From Candidatus Vogelbacteria bacterium (lineage in GTDB: Bacteria; Patescibacteriota; Minisyncoccia; Phycocordibacterales; XYD1-FULL-46-19), in the NCBI GenBank assembly GCA_023267075.1, contig JAHFNY010000002.1:1-46411 (forward strand): a DNA stretch of 46,411 bases. Reading direction: 5' to 3'. The translations under genes were made by a program, and so were the position numbers. Shown one piece after another: positions 1 through 9,957 of the stretch. The notes under the pieces were generated by a model. It was given only the letters and a program-made list of their open reading frames with translations, had not been told where the DNA came from and searched no databases. The stretch's first letter is position 1. Every line of letters begins with the position of its first letter.

Positions 1-1440
1 AACGTAAGTGGTCGCGGCGGCCGTAGTACTAACTCGATCGGGGGTAATCGCTTTAATCAATTCTCGATTAGCCAAATACGGTTTTAAGTTAAATCCCAAC
101 AAGGCGGCCAAAGCAAGGAAAATAGCAATCACCCCTAAAGTAGCTTGGTAACCGAGCGATAATTTCTTGGTCCCACCCAAAAGTTTTTCTGACCGTTCAT
201 CCGTAGCCGAGAAATAAGCGAGGAAAGTAAAGAAGACAAGATAACTCCCTAAGTTATCAAACACAAATAAATTGTGAATAAAGTAAGCCGCGAGCATCCC
301 GGTGAACAAACTTTTTTCCCACAGTTCGCGACGCGAGCGCCAGATTAGCCAGAGAGCGGTGCCAAAGAGCGAGAGGTAAGCCAAGAGACCGAAGATCCCG
401 CCAGCAATAAGCCAGTCAATGACCAAATTGTGCGAACGATCAAACCATTGTTCTTGATTCCACAAGCGCGGATCATAGTATTTATTGAAGACAACAGTAT
501 AATTCTCCGGTCCCCAACCGAGGAGCGGCCGAGCCTTAAAACCTTCCCAACCCATTTGCCAAATGACGAAACGGGAAACGGTCGTCCGCTCGGTTAAAGA
601 AATATCGGCAAAGCGGCGCAAGACTTGGCTCTGGCGAACGAGCGGTAAATCACGGACGGCGATAAAACCAATGACCAAAATTAAAATAGCAGCAATAAGA
701 TAACGAGAAATTTTCTTCAGTTTACCCTCCCCCCGCCAAGCTAAGATTAAAGCGGTTAAAAAGGCGCCAGCGATGAGGCCCAAGATTGCCCCCCGGGTGG
801 CCGTGTAATACAAGATAACGGCTTCTAAAATAATTACTACTCCATATAAATACTTCTGCCATTTAATTTTAGTTTTCCGTAACAGCCAAGCGGCAATAAA
901 TAAGTGGAAAACAATGTAAATCGCCAGGTAAGTGGCATTGCCAAAAGTCGCGTCTAAACGGACCCCGCCTTGATTGATAGTGATTAGGCCCAAAAGTTGG
1001 AGCACCCCATAGAGAGAAATCAAAATACTCACTCCTAAAGAAATTTGGAAAAAGCGCTGCCAAAGATTATGAGCGGTAATAACTGAAGTTAGAACCAGGA
1101 AGTAAGCCAGCAAGTGGAAGTGGGTCACCAGTCCTTCCATCCGCTCAAAGTTGGACCAAAATGAGCGCAATGGGTTAACACCCAAAATTGTGGCTAAAGA
1201 TAAAACTGCAACGAAAATTATTGCTGCCCAGAGAATGGGCGAGCGGCGAGGACGATATTTAGGATCAGTAATCGCGAGCACAAGCCAGGCGCCAAAAATT
1301 ATTTCCGTAATAATCCGAAAGAAAAAAGCTTTACCCGTAATGAAGGGAAAGAACAACGAACTGGTAACGATTAAAGGAGTAAACAAAAGAGCGAAGGAAC
1401 CAATGATGGCCACCCACTTAAGGGTTTTATTTAAAGTCAT
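1..1440 (-). CDS. O-antigen ligase/polymerase-like (Wzy_C/WaaL family) membrane protein; runs off the left edge
   Basis: Absent from the ORF track, probably because it has no stop in the window. Manual translation from ATG 1440 (alternative 1446) gives MTLNKTLKWVAIIGSFALLFTPLIVTSSLFFPFITGKAFFFRII...SFWSNFERMEG...TFGNATYLA...TATRGAILG...SRFVIWQMGWEGFKARPLLGWGPENY...FDRSHNLVIDWL. These are the typical ligase R/GxG/HN motifs. Confidence 0.85.
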   Translation of the reverse strand, partial: MTLNKTLKWVAIIGSFALLFTPLIVTSSLFFPFITGKAFFFRIITEIIFGAWLVLAITDPKYRPRRSPILWAAIIFVAVLSLATILGVNPLRSFWSNFERMEGLVTHFHLLAYFLVLTSVITAHNLWQRFFQISLGVSILISLYGVLQLLGLITINQGGVRLDATFGNATYLAIYIVFHLFIAAWLLRKTKIKWQKYLYGVVIILEAVILYYTATRGAILGLIAGAFLTALILAWRGEGKLKKISRYLIAAILILVIGFIAVRDLPLVRQSQVLRRFADISLTERTTVSRFVIWQMGWEGFKARPLLGWGPENYTVVFNKYYDPRLWNQEQWFDRSHNLVIDWLIAGGIFGLLAYLSLFGTALWLIWRSRRELWEKSLFTGMLAAYFIHNLFVFDNLGSYLVFFTFLAYFSATDERSEKLLGGTKKLSLGYQATLGVIAIFLALAALLGFNLKPYLANRELIKAITPDRVSTTAAATTYV

Positions 1441-1495
1441 AGGCATGATAACGGTAAATATAGCATAAAAGCTCAAAAATGCTAGGATAAAGGAA

Positions 1496-2749
1496 ATGGA
1501 AAAGTGGCGTAATCTTAGCTATCGCTTGCTCCGCTCGAGTGAGCGTTACTTTAAGACTGATATGGTCTACTTGGTTAAAGGCGGCTTTTGGCTCTCGATT
1601 AGCCAGGTTTTAACTTCTCTCTCTTCCTTGGTCCTGGCTATCGCCTTCGCCAATCTCCTACCGAAAGAAATTTACGGGACTTACAAATATATTTTATCCC
1701 TAGTTAGTGTCCTCGCTATTTTTACTCTCCCGGGGATCGAGACAGCGGTCACCCAAGCCATTGCTCGCAACTTAGATGGCTCGTTTATGACCGGCTTCTG
1801 GACCAAAGTCCGCTGGGGTTTGATTGGTTCAGTTATTAGTTTAATCGCCGGCGGCTATTATTATGTCAATGGCAATTTTGATTTAGGCCTAGCCTTATTC
1901 ATTGCCGCCGTCTTTCTGCCCTTAACTAATGCCTTTGACCTTTATAACTCCATTCTCCAAGGGAAAAAACAATTTAAATTTTATACCTGGTGCAATTCTC
2001 TGACGCAGATTATTACCACCGCCGCTTTAGTTAGTTTCATCATTTTCAATCAGCAAGTGGTTAAGATCGTTCTAGTCTTTTTTCTCGCCAACACGATTGT
2101 TAACTGGTTAATCTTTCTCTTAACTAAGAAAACTTTCCTCACTAATGAAGCGGTTGATCCAGTAACGGTAACCTATGGCAAGCACCTGTCAGTAATTAGC
2201 TTCATCGGTTTAATTGCCGATCAATTAGACCAGATTCTTATCTTCCACTTTCTGGGCGCGGCTGACCTTGCCATTTACGTTTTGGCGGTTGCCCCCACCG
2301 ACCAATTAAAAGGGGTAATAAAGAATATCCCCTTTCTCGCTTTTCCTAAATTGGCTAATCGCCCCCGGGCAGAACTGCGACCCGCAGTCTTACAAAAAGC
2401 GTTGATTCTGGGGGCCAGCATGGCAATAATGGTCTTGGGTTATATTATTGTCGCACCGTGGTTCTTCCAAATCTTTTTCCCCAAATATCTGGCTTCCGTC
2501 CATTATTCTCAAGTTTTAGCTTTATCACTTATCTTTATCACTCCGGCCATTTTCTTGGCCACCTTTTTTGAATCGCAAGTAATGACCAAAGAAATTTACC
2601 ACTACAATATTTCTTATAATCTTATTAGCACTATTCTCTTATTGCCTTTCATTTATTGGCTTGGCTTGTGGGGAGCGATTATCGCTCGCCTCTTAACGCG
2701 AGCGATAACTTTGGGTTACACCCTAATTATTTTTGACCGACAACAATAG
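1496..2749 (+). CDS. Wzx-type oligosaccharide flippase / polysaccharide biosynthesis protein
   Basis: 417 aa with about 12 hydrophobic segments; 'LLPKEIYGTYKY' and 'LDQILIFHFLGAADLAIY' patterns typical of Wzx/MOP flippases; glycan-cluster context. Confidence 0.85.
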   Translation: MEKWRNLSYRLLRSSERYFKTDMVYLVKGGFWLSISQVLTSLSSLVLAIAFANLLPKEIYGTYKYILSLVSVLAIFTLPGIETAVTQAIARNLDGSFMTGFWTKVRWGLIGSVISLIAGGYYYVNGNFDLGLALFIAAVFLPLTNAFDLYNSILQGKKQFKFYTWCNSLTQIITTAALVSFIIFNQQVVKIVLVFFLANTIVNWLIFLLTKKTFLTNEAVDPVTVTYGKHLSVISFIGLIADQLDQILIFHFLGAADLAIYVLAVAPTDQLKGVIKNIPFLAFPKLANRPRAELRPAVLQKALILGASMAIMVLGYIIVAPWFFQIFFPKYLASVHYSQVLALSLIFITPAIFLATFFESQVMTKEIYHYNISYNLISTILLLPFIYWLGLWGAIIARLLTRAITLGYTLIIFDRQQ

Positions 2750-3374
2750 TCTTCTGGCCTAAAATTAAACTTAGCTTTTTTCCCTCAAGGCGCCAGCGCT
2801 TAATATTAGAAAAACGTTTTTCTAACAAGATGTTCCGGGTTCTCACTGTAACCACGGTCAAATAAATCCCTACCGCTTTTTTCAATCCCCAATAAGAAAA
2901 ACGGGAAACATGAGTATAATCATCGGCGAGCGGCCGCCGGCCGCGAAGCCAGTAAATAAAATCATATCCCCGCTTAGCCGGATAATTGGGCGTCTGGAGA
3001 TATAAGTAACCACCAGGCTTAAGCACTCGCTTCACTTCCGCGAGCATTGGCTTAAAGTCTTTAACGTGCTCGATCACATCCAAGGAATAAACAAAATCAA
3101 AAAAATTATCGGTAAACGGCAAGTGAGCCACATCCGCGACTTTAAACTCAATCCCTGGATAATTATGTTGCGCGGTAGTAATCGCTCGTTCAGAGGCATC
3201 AACGCCAAACTTTTCTTGATTGGGGAGACTCCCTAAAAAGGCACTTCGGCCACAACCTAAATCAAGAACTCGACCTTGATTATAGCGGTCAAATAATTCC
3301 CGGTCGGTGTAGGTACCTACCCCAATCCCCACCTCATCATACTCATCCCAAATTTTTACTTTTACCTTGTCCAT
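2727..3374 (-). CDS. Class I SAM-dependent methyltransferase
   Basis: Motif I VLDLGCG, LPFTDNFFDFV, DVIEHV, RVLKPGG. Confidence 0.9.
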   Translation of the reverse strand: MDKVKVKIWDEYDEVGIGVGTYTDRELFDRYNQGRVLDLGCGRSAFLGSLPNQEKFGVDASERAITTAQHNYPGIEFKVADVAHLPFTDNFFDFVYSLDVIEHVKDFKPMLAEVKRVLKPGGYLYLQTPNYPAKRGYDFIYWLRGRRPLADDYTHVSRFSYWGLKKAVGIYLTVVTVRTRNILLEKRFSNIKRWRLEGKKLSLILGQKTIVVGQK

Positions 3375-3442
3375 ACATGACTTTTCATTTGCTAAGTATA
3401 GTATATAATAACCCTGAACTAAACTATCATACTTATAATACT

Positions 3443-4417
3443 ATGGATACAAAAAGGAAAGTCAGTGCCTGTATAATCGCCTATAATATCGAAAATTTTA
3501 TTGCCGATTGTATCGAAGGAGCCCTCTCTCAAAAATTAGACAATCCTTATGAAATAGTGATACAGGAAGATTGTTCGACTGACAGAACAAGAGAAATTGT
3601 TCTCGAATACCAAAGAAAATATCCGGATAAAATCAGGGCAATCTTAAATGAAAAAAATATCGGCCAAGCCGAGAATTTTTTGAGATCTATTGAAGCATGT
3701 GAAGGAGACTATATTGCTTTTTGCGACGGGGATGATGTTTGGACAGACCCATTGAAAATTAAACTCCAGTTAGAAGAAATGGGTAAACATCCTGAATGTG
3801 ACATGTGTTTCCATCCATCAACCATCCAATATATGATCCGAAAAGGAAATAGCCCAATGAAAGCTTACCACGGGGATAGTGTCAAAATATTTGATACAAA
3901 AAAATCCATTCTCGTTGGTGGATCACTTTCTCCCACCTCGTCTTTAGTCTTTCGTAAAAGTGTAATTACCGCATTGAGGAAGTTTACTGTGAAGTACGAC
4001 TTGAGCTTAGGAGGAGACTCTGATGATTTTATAGAAATTTTTGGTTCTCTCCATGGCGGGTTACTTTACCTTCCTAGATGTATGGCGGTTTACCGATTTG
4101 AAGTTCCGGGATCCTGGAGCGATAAAGATAGGAAATTTGAGAATTCAGTCCGTGGTACACGCACCCGGACCTACATGCTCAGTAAATTAAATGAATATCT
4201 TGATTATAAATATTCTAAAGAAATACAATATAAAATTACCTTGACCCATTACACCCTCTGGAGAAGATTTATGAAAGTAGATAAAAAAACATTAGACGAC
4301 TATAAAAAAACCCGAGAAGAAGTCTACTCTTTACCTATTGATAAAAAAATTCTTGCTCGCATACTCTTTAAAAGCCTAAAAAGAAAGCTCAAATCTTTCT
4401 TCTCCCTATTAAAATAA
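3443..4417 (+). CDS. Glycosyltransferase family 2
   Basis: VSACIIAYN, EDCSTD and FCDGDD motifs. Start moved to ATG 3443 (MDTKRKVSAC). Noticeably AT-rich. Confidence 0.88.
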   Translation: MDTKRKVSACIIAYNIENFIADCIEGALSQKLDNPYEIVIQEDCSTDRTREIVLEYQRKYPDKIRAILNEKNIGQAENFLRSIEACEGDYIAFCDGDDVWTDPLKIKLQLEEMGKHPECDMCFHPSTIQYMIRKGNSPMKAYHGDSVKIFDTKKSILVGGSLSPTSSLVFRKSVITALRKFTVKYDLSLGGDSDDFIEIFGSLHGGLLYLPRCMAVYRFEVPGSWSDKDRKFENSVRGTRTRTYMLSKLNEYLDYKYSKEIQYKITLTHYTLWRRFMKVDKKTLDDYKKTREEVYSLPIDKKILARILFKSLKRKLKSFFSLLK

Positions 4418-4444
4418 GGCCCCCCGATCCGGAGATGGGGGGCC
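4418..4444. terminator. GC hairpin between convergent genes
   Basis: GGCCCCCC (4418-4425) and GGGGGGCC (4437-4444) form a perfect 8-bp inverted repeat between the stops at 4417 and 4452. No strong U-tract. Confidence 0.55.
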
Positions 4445-4451
4445 GAAACAC

Positions 4452-5975
4452 TTACACACTGCTCCGCCGCAGTATGTTTTGACTGAATCCTTGCTGCCCC
4501 ATCGAATGCTCGTAGAGCATTGATGGGGCACTTGGATTGAAAGGGATACCTAGTCTAGCACGCACATCGCGCTCGACATCATTACGAAGTTCTACCAAGT
4601 CATCCGGGGCAAGATAATCCGTGTAGACGAATGAGCTATACCCACCATTGGGATCACCTTTGTAGTAGTCGGCTACCCGGCTATGATCTACATCAATCTG
4701 GTAGAGCTTGTCGCCAGTCTTGCACGTATAAACCCAGATACCAGGCAAAAATTCGTGGGGCACCGCCTCATCAAAATATGGTGTCCCGGGATAACAGGTG
4801 ATAATCGTTATGTCGAAATCATCGGGTCGAACATCGAGAAGCCACTCTCGTGTCTCCTCGACTGTTCCCCGAGTTTCCCCAGGGTGACCAATCGACATAA
4901 GCGCTTTCACCTTTAATCCCACATCATGAGCAAGCGCCACACACCGTGTGTTCTCTTCCTTCGTTGCTTTTTTGTTTATGTTTTTTAGAATTCTTGGTGC
5001 ACCAGCCTCGAATCCAGTGAGAATCCAACGGAAACCAGCGCGGAACATCGCTCTGGCCTGCTCTTTAGAGAAAAGCTCCGACTTAATAAATCCCCGCAGA
5101 CGCCACTCAACTCCCAGGTTCTTTTGGGTCTCAGCAATGAGATCCATAAGCTCCACCATCTTCGGGTTAACATTAAGCTCATCATCATAGAGCATAAATC
5201 CCGTCACCCCGTAGGTATGGTAAAGATGGATCATCTCATCGACCACCTTCTGAGAAGTGCGTGTCCGAATGTTCCGGAGCATAGGCGACGATCGCCCGCC
5301 ACAAAACCCACACTCAAATGGACACCCGAGTTGAGCGATGAGAGAAAGAGCAGAAACGCCATCGATGGTGTAATGATAACTCGGCACGTCGATCAGGTGT
5401 CTCGCCGGCAAAGGCAAGGCATTCAGTCGGTCATTGTTTAAGAACATTGCCGACCGTCTGTCATCCACATCTATAAGTTTGGGTGAGTCTTCTGACAGGG
5501 CCAGAAATATCGCCTCCTCTCCATCACCAGCCACTAGTACGTCGAACACTTCTTCGACTTGAGACATCGCCACATGTCCCCGGCCAAATAGACTACGCTT
5601 AAGTTCATTCTTATAGGCCGCATTAACTAACGTGATGTGCGGACCACCAAGAATAATTTTGGCTGTTGAATTCTTCTGACGGATAGCGGAGACGATCTGA
5701 AGTGCCGCCGGCATTTGAGGAGTTGTTGCCGTAATAGCAAAATGACAAACAGTTTGTGTTTGCACATAATCTATAACCGCCTCCTCAAAATTTCGGAAAC
5801 CCGAGAGATCAAGAACGTCAACTTGAATTCCGGCTTGTTCAAGCACTGCAGCAACTCGTAAAATACCAAGCGACATAAAAACTCTCTCGTCAAGAAGGAA
5901 TGAGGATGGAGGAATAATGAGGCAAACTGGCCCCATCTTCCCCACATGGTTAGATTGGCCAATCTGCATTTCCAT
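4452..5975 (-). CDS. Cobalamin-binding-domain radical SAM protein (class B methyltransferase-like)
   Basis: N-terminal B12-binding-like domain (SLGILRVAAVL...IILGGPHIT...GDGE), CxxxCxxC in GCPFECGFC, then GFEAG, KNINK, GHPGET and PGTP. Confidence 0.88.
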   Translation of the reverse strand: MEMQIGQSNHVGKMGPVCLIIPPSSFLLDERVFMSLGILRVAAVLEQAGIQVDVLDLSGFRNFEEAVIDYVQTQTVCHFAITATTPQMPAALQIVSAIRQKNSTAKIILGGPHITLVNAAYKNELKRSLFGRGHVAMSQVEEVFDVLVAGDGEEAIFLALSEDSPKLIDVDDRRSAMFLNNDRLNALPLPARHLIDVPSYHYTIDGVSALSLIAQLGCPFECGFCGGRSSPMLRNIRTRTSQKVVDEMIHLYHTYGVTGFMLYDDELNVNPKMVELMDLIAETQKNLGVEWRLRGFIKSELFSKEQARAMFRAGFRWILTGFEAGAPRILKNINKKATKEENTRCVALAHDVGLKVKALMSIGHPGETRGTVEETREWLLDVRPDDFDITIITCYPGTPYFDEAVPHEFLPGIWVYTCKTGDKLYQIDVDHSRVADYYKGDPNGGYSSFVYTDYLAPDDLVELRNDVERDVRARLGIPFNPSAPSMLYEHSMGQQGFSQNILRRSSV

Positions 5976-6022
5976 AGTTAAATCCCTTTCATTGTGAGGA
6001 CCAGGTCCAGAAAAAATATACC

Positions 6023-7168
6023 CTAAATGACAATGGAAGTACAGCGCTTCTCGATCTCTTCAAGGATCGACTGCGCCCGTTCACTCCAAGCGTACTTTTG
6101 GACCTCTTGATAGGCCTGATTACTGATTTTATTAGCGAAAGTCTCATCGGCCAAGATTTTCTCTGTTGCTTGAGCAAAAGCGGATGGATCATCCGGCTGG
6201 ACCAAAACGGAGTTAGTCTCATTCAAGGTCTCCCGAATCGATGGCAGGTCGGGCGCCACAATGGGCCGTTTAGCCGCCATATACTCAAACATCTTTAAGG
6301 GTGAGGAATAATGGGAAGAGATTTTTTCTTTAGCAGATTGGGTAATCGCTAAAACGTCAGCCGCTTTCATATAAAGAGGAATAATCTTTCTATCTTGGAA
6401 CGGTCTGATGATAATATTATTTTGTTCTCCATACTTCTTAACAAATTGACTGTATTCCGGCTCAATCCCCCCAACAAATAGAAAGGTAACTTCAGGCAAT
6501 AAATAAGCGGCTTGGGCTAAAGTCTCTACCCCCTTCCAAGAATAAAATTGGCCGCTGTAGAGAACGATTCTTTGATCTATTGGTAAATCAAGTGATTCCC
6601 TGGCTTCAAGCTTAGTCTGACTTAGATCAAAATCTTTTAACTCCACTCCACTGGGCTTAATCTGAATATTATCTTGATCGATACCAAGCTTGATTAATTC
6701 TCTTTTAAGATTGGCATTAAGGACGAAAAATAGTTTCGGCCTTTTAATCAGCCATTTAAATAAGAATCTGGACGTGGGGATATCATGGAGCTCAAGGCAC
6801 AGAAAATAATCCTTAGAAAAAGCTAAAGCCGTGATAAAATCGCGAGTATAGATTATCTCCCCTTTCTTTGGTTTAACTATCATTTTAGCCATAATGAGGA
6901 AAAACAGTAAATCTAACCAGTAGAGCAAACGGCCAAATTTAAAAGTTTTATCTAAGAGATCAAGACTAGGGATCTTTCTGATTACAAAATCTTTCGGTAA
7001 TTGATAAAAATTAAATGGATCTTCTTCTTTAAAATTGCTTTTCCGGCTCGGGACAAAAAGCTCTACCCGAGCCCCAGCCATCGCAAATTCTGAACACATC
7101 TTCATAATCGCGTAGCCTTGGGCCCGAGGAGTAGGAATCCTCACATTGGTTATATATTTTATATTCAT
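6023..7168 (-). CDS. Glycosyltransferase family 4
   Basis: SPLKMFEYMAAKRPIV motif, GT-B fold. Start placed at MNIKYIT, overlapping the upstream stop (ATGA). Confidence 0.88.
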   Translation of the reverse strand: MNIKYITNVRIPTPRAQGYAIMKMCSEFAMAGARVELFVPSRKSNFKEEDPFNFYQLPKDFVIRKIPSLDLLDKTFKFGRLLYWLDLLFFLIMAKMIVKPKKGEIIYTRDFITALAFSKDYFLCLELHDIPTSRFLFKWLIKRPKLFFVLNANLKRELIKLGIDQDNIQIKPSGVELKDFDLSQTKLEARESLDLPIDQRIVLYSGQFYSWKGVETLAQAAYLLPEVTFLFVGGIEPEYSQFVKKYGEQNNIIIRPFQDRKIIPLYMKAADVLAITQSAKEKISSHYSSPLKMFEYMAAKRPIVAPDLPSIRETLNETNSVLVQPDDPSAFAQATEKILADETFANKISNQAYQEVQKYAWSERAQSILEEIEKRCTSIVI

Positions 7169-8544
7169 TGATTGAATCGCCAACCTTTACCATAGCGAGA
7201 CCAAATAAAGTGGGCAGCAGAAAAAGCACAAAGCAATAAAAGCGGTTCTACCGGGATACGGTAACGAGCGTGGGCCAAGGGTCCGGTAATAATCGCGAAG
7301 TAAAATATTATCGCCAAAAACATTCTATTTAATCGAAGATCTTTAGACCACCACGCACCAGCCAAGGCAAGAAGAGCGATAATGGCCCAAAAAATATTCT
7401 CTAATAAATCCCAACCGTGATTCTTAATAACTGTCATCAAGATCGATAAAGAAAAGGGATTCAAGGCTTGAATAAGCGAGGGTTCAGGTTGGGGATTAAA
7501 ATCCGGCCTCATATCTTCTGTAAAGCGCCAATACTCGTGAGCCCCACTGGAGGTGAAAAACGGGATGAACGTGCTTAGATGAAAAAGAGCATAGCGGAAG
7601 GGGTGGGCGGCAATCACTTCTAAAGCCACCTTAGTCAAAGCCGGTGCTGATTCAAAATTATTTGGTACCGTCCCGGGCGGCAAACCCGCCATTTTAAGTA
7701 AAGCATTGCGGGAATCAACGGCATTCAAGCCACTGATTGATTGATAAAATTGAGCGGCATTTTGCCGCAATAAGACATTAGAACCCGTAGAAGCGAAAGC
7801 AAACACTCCGAATACTTTTTCATTTCTAATGAACCACGGTAGGACGGAAGAAGCAAAAATTAGGACGATTAAAAACCCAGTGATAATATGTTTCCGAGAA
7901 ATCTCTGTTGGCTTAAGATATAAAAGGAAATAAGCTGGAATAAAAAACAGTAAGATATAAAAAGATGCCTCCCGAACGTATGTTGCCAAGGCGAGTAAGA
8001 AGCCGGTTAAAGCTCCTTTCAGGTAAATATTTTTTTGTTCCGAAAAGAAAAATAGGTATAAAGCAATGATAAAGAAAAAAACAAAAAGATTCTCGGTAGT
8101 AATGGCTGAAGCGGCGAGCATAGTATCAGGCAAAAGAAGATAGACGATAGAAGCCCCTAAAGCCCAGTAAGAAGAGGCGGTCATCTTCTCAACCATCTTA
8201 AAGATCAAAATGACGGTAATAAACAAAGTCAAAATCTGAACAAAAAGAATCGGATAAAAGCTGTTAAAAGCCAAATAAAAAGGTAGAGCAAATAAGGGAT
8301 AACCCGGTGTCCGCCAAGAAGTGGGAGTGAAGGGTGGCTTTTCCGCTAAAGAAAAGACTCTTTGATTGACCAAATTTTCAGTTAAAACCACATTATCATG
8401 AGCAGTACTGGTCAAATTACCCGGATAAGCTTTAGCATTTTCAGTATTAGAATTGTGGGCCACAGTGGTTAAATACCAAATGCTACTACCACTAGTGATT
8501 ATGGTGACGATCAACAATATTAAGTAAATCTTTTTATTAGACAT
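7165..8544 (-). CDS. GT-C-fold membrane glycosyltransferase (ArnT/PMT-like)
   Basis: Many transmembrane segments; RTPGYPLF, TENLF, PWFIRN and RYRIPVEP motifs. Confidence 0.75.
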   Translation of the reverse strand: MSNKKIYLILLIVTIITSGSSIWYLTTVAHNSNTENAKAYPGNLTSTAHDNVVLTENLVNQRVFSLAEKPPFTPTSWRTPGYPLFALPFYLAFNSFYPILFVQILTLFITVILIFKMVEKMTASSYWALGASIVYLLLPDTMLAASAITTENLFVFFFIIALYLFFFSEQKNIYLKGALTGFLLALATYVREASFYILLFFIPAYFLLYLKPTEISRKHIITGFLIVLIFASSVLPWFIRNEKVFGVFAFASTGSNVLLRQNAAQFYQSISGLNAVDSRNALLKMAGLPPGTVPNNFESAPALTKVALEVIAAHPFRYALFHLSTFIPFFTSSGAHEYWRFTEDMRPDFNPQPEPSLIQALNPFSLSILMTVIKNHGWDLLENIFWAIIALLALAGAWWSKDLRLNRMFLAIIFYFAIITGPLAHARYRIPVEPLLLLCAFSAAHFIWSRYGKGWRFNQ

Positions 8545-8549
8545 AAAAT

Positions 8550-9233
8550 TTAATCGATAAAACGGTACTTAATCACCGCCCCCAAGATTTTAAATCCATC
8601 CCGCCAATTAATTTTCTTTCCCCCTTTATGATCTCGAGGGTTATAATGAATTGGCACATCAACTGCTTTATATCCCCGCTTCATAACCTTGGCCACTAAC
8701 TCATGTTCATAAGCAAAATCATTGGAACGGACATTAATAGTATCGGCTAATTTTTTAGTAAAAACTTTATACCCTCCCGTATATTCAGCCGAATGGCCAC
8801 CATAGAGAAAATTGCTAAAGAAAGTGATGGTCTTATTGCCCAATTCATAGAAAAGGCCTTGCCCCTCAGCTCTAGCTTTATCGTACGTCCTAACACCTAA
8901 AACGACCTCGCTTGCTCCTGCTAAAATCGGCTGCAGAAGAGCGGGGAAATCCTTTGGATCATACTCTAAATCGGCATCTTGAATAATAAACATTTCTCCG
9001 GTAATCTCTTTTAATCCCCTTTTCACCGCCGCGCCCTTACCGGGAATTGATTCCTTAACTACTTTTATCCCCGGAATGGCACTAGCGATAGAAAAAGTGT
9101 TGTCAGTCGAGTTGTTATCCACTACAATAATCTCGGTCTCAAGAGGACTAACCCCTACCGCTTGCACTCGCTTAACACACTCGGCCAAAGTCCGCTCTTC
9201 ATTAAAAGCTGGTATAATTATCGAAAGTTTCAT
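8550..9233 (-). CDS. Glycosyltransferase family 2, polyprenol-phosphate sugar synthase (DPM1-like)
   Basis: [42 protein letters not shown]. Start moved to 9233. Confidence 0.88.
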   Translation of the reverse strand: MKLSIIIPAFNEERTLAECVKRVQAVGVSPLETEIIVVDNNSTDNTFSIASAIPGIKVVKESIPGKGAAVKRGLKEITGEMFIIQDADLEYDPKDFPALLQPILAGASEVVLGVRTYDKARAEGQGLFYELGNKTITFFSNFLYGGHSAEYTGGYKVFTKKLADTINVRSNDFAYEHELVAKVMKRGYKAVDVPIHYNPRDHKGGKKINWRDGFKILGAVIKYRFID

Positions 9234-9249
9234 AATAAGCCCATACATA

Positions 9250-9957
9250 ATGACTGATTTCAAATATGAAGGCAAGGATCTGGAAGCGATGTCTTTTGCC
9301 CATAATTACCACCGCTGGATCTTGAGTAAATTCCAAAAATTCTTAGGCAAACGAGTGGCCGAAGTAGGAGCCGGCTCGGGCAATTTTTCTTTATTAATTT
9401 TGGGCCAACCGATAGAAGAATTGGTCGCAATTGAACCATCGCCAGCAATGTTTTCCCAACATATTCAAAACACCGCTACTGATACTAGAGTTAAAAGACA
9501 CAACGCTTTTTTCCCAGAAATAAGTCCTAAATACCCTGATTATTTTGATTCTATTGTTTACGTTAATGTGATGGAACATGTGGAAAAAGATGCCGAGGAA
9601 TTATCACACGTTCACCAATCTCTTAAAAAGGGTGGCCGGGTGTGCATCTTCGTCCCCGCTTTAGCTTGGCTCTACAGTAATCACGATAAATCGATTGGAC
9701 ATTATCGACGCTATCATAAAAAAGACTTAATTCAATTACTGGAACAAGCGGGTTTTGAAGTCGAACAGATTAACTATTTTGATATCATTGGCATCATCCC
9801 CTGGCTCATTATCTGCAAATTTTTAGGCAAAGAACCAAATACTAGCAATGTTTCCGTCTATGATAGATTGATCGTCCCGATCGGCAAATTTATAGAAAAT
9901 ATAATTCCCCCGCCCATTGGCAAAAATCTGTTAGTGGTTGGCAGGAAAAAAATCTAA
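9250..9957 (+). CDS. Class I SAM-dependent methyltransferase
   Basis: [37 protein letters not shown]. Start moved to ATG 9250 because the longer ORF overlaps the opposite-strand gene. Confidence 0.88.
   Translation: MTDFKYEGKDLEAMSFAHNYHRWILSKFQKFLGKRVAEVGAGSGNFSLLILGQPIEELVAIEPSPAMFSQHIQNTATDTRVKRHNAFFPEISPKYPDYFDSIVYVNVMEHVEKDAEELSHVHQSLKKGGRVCIFVPALAWLYSNHDKSIGHYRRYHKKDLIQLLEQAGFEVEQINYFDIIGIIPWLIICKFLGKEPNTSNVSVYDRLIVPIGKFIENIIPPPIGKNLLVVGRKKI

Noticed and set aside
869..1468. ORFs 869-1063 and 1151-1468
   Set aside because: They are shadows of the long minus-strand O-antigen-ligase-like gene.
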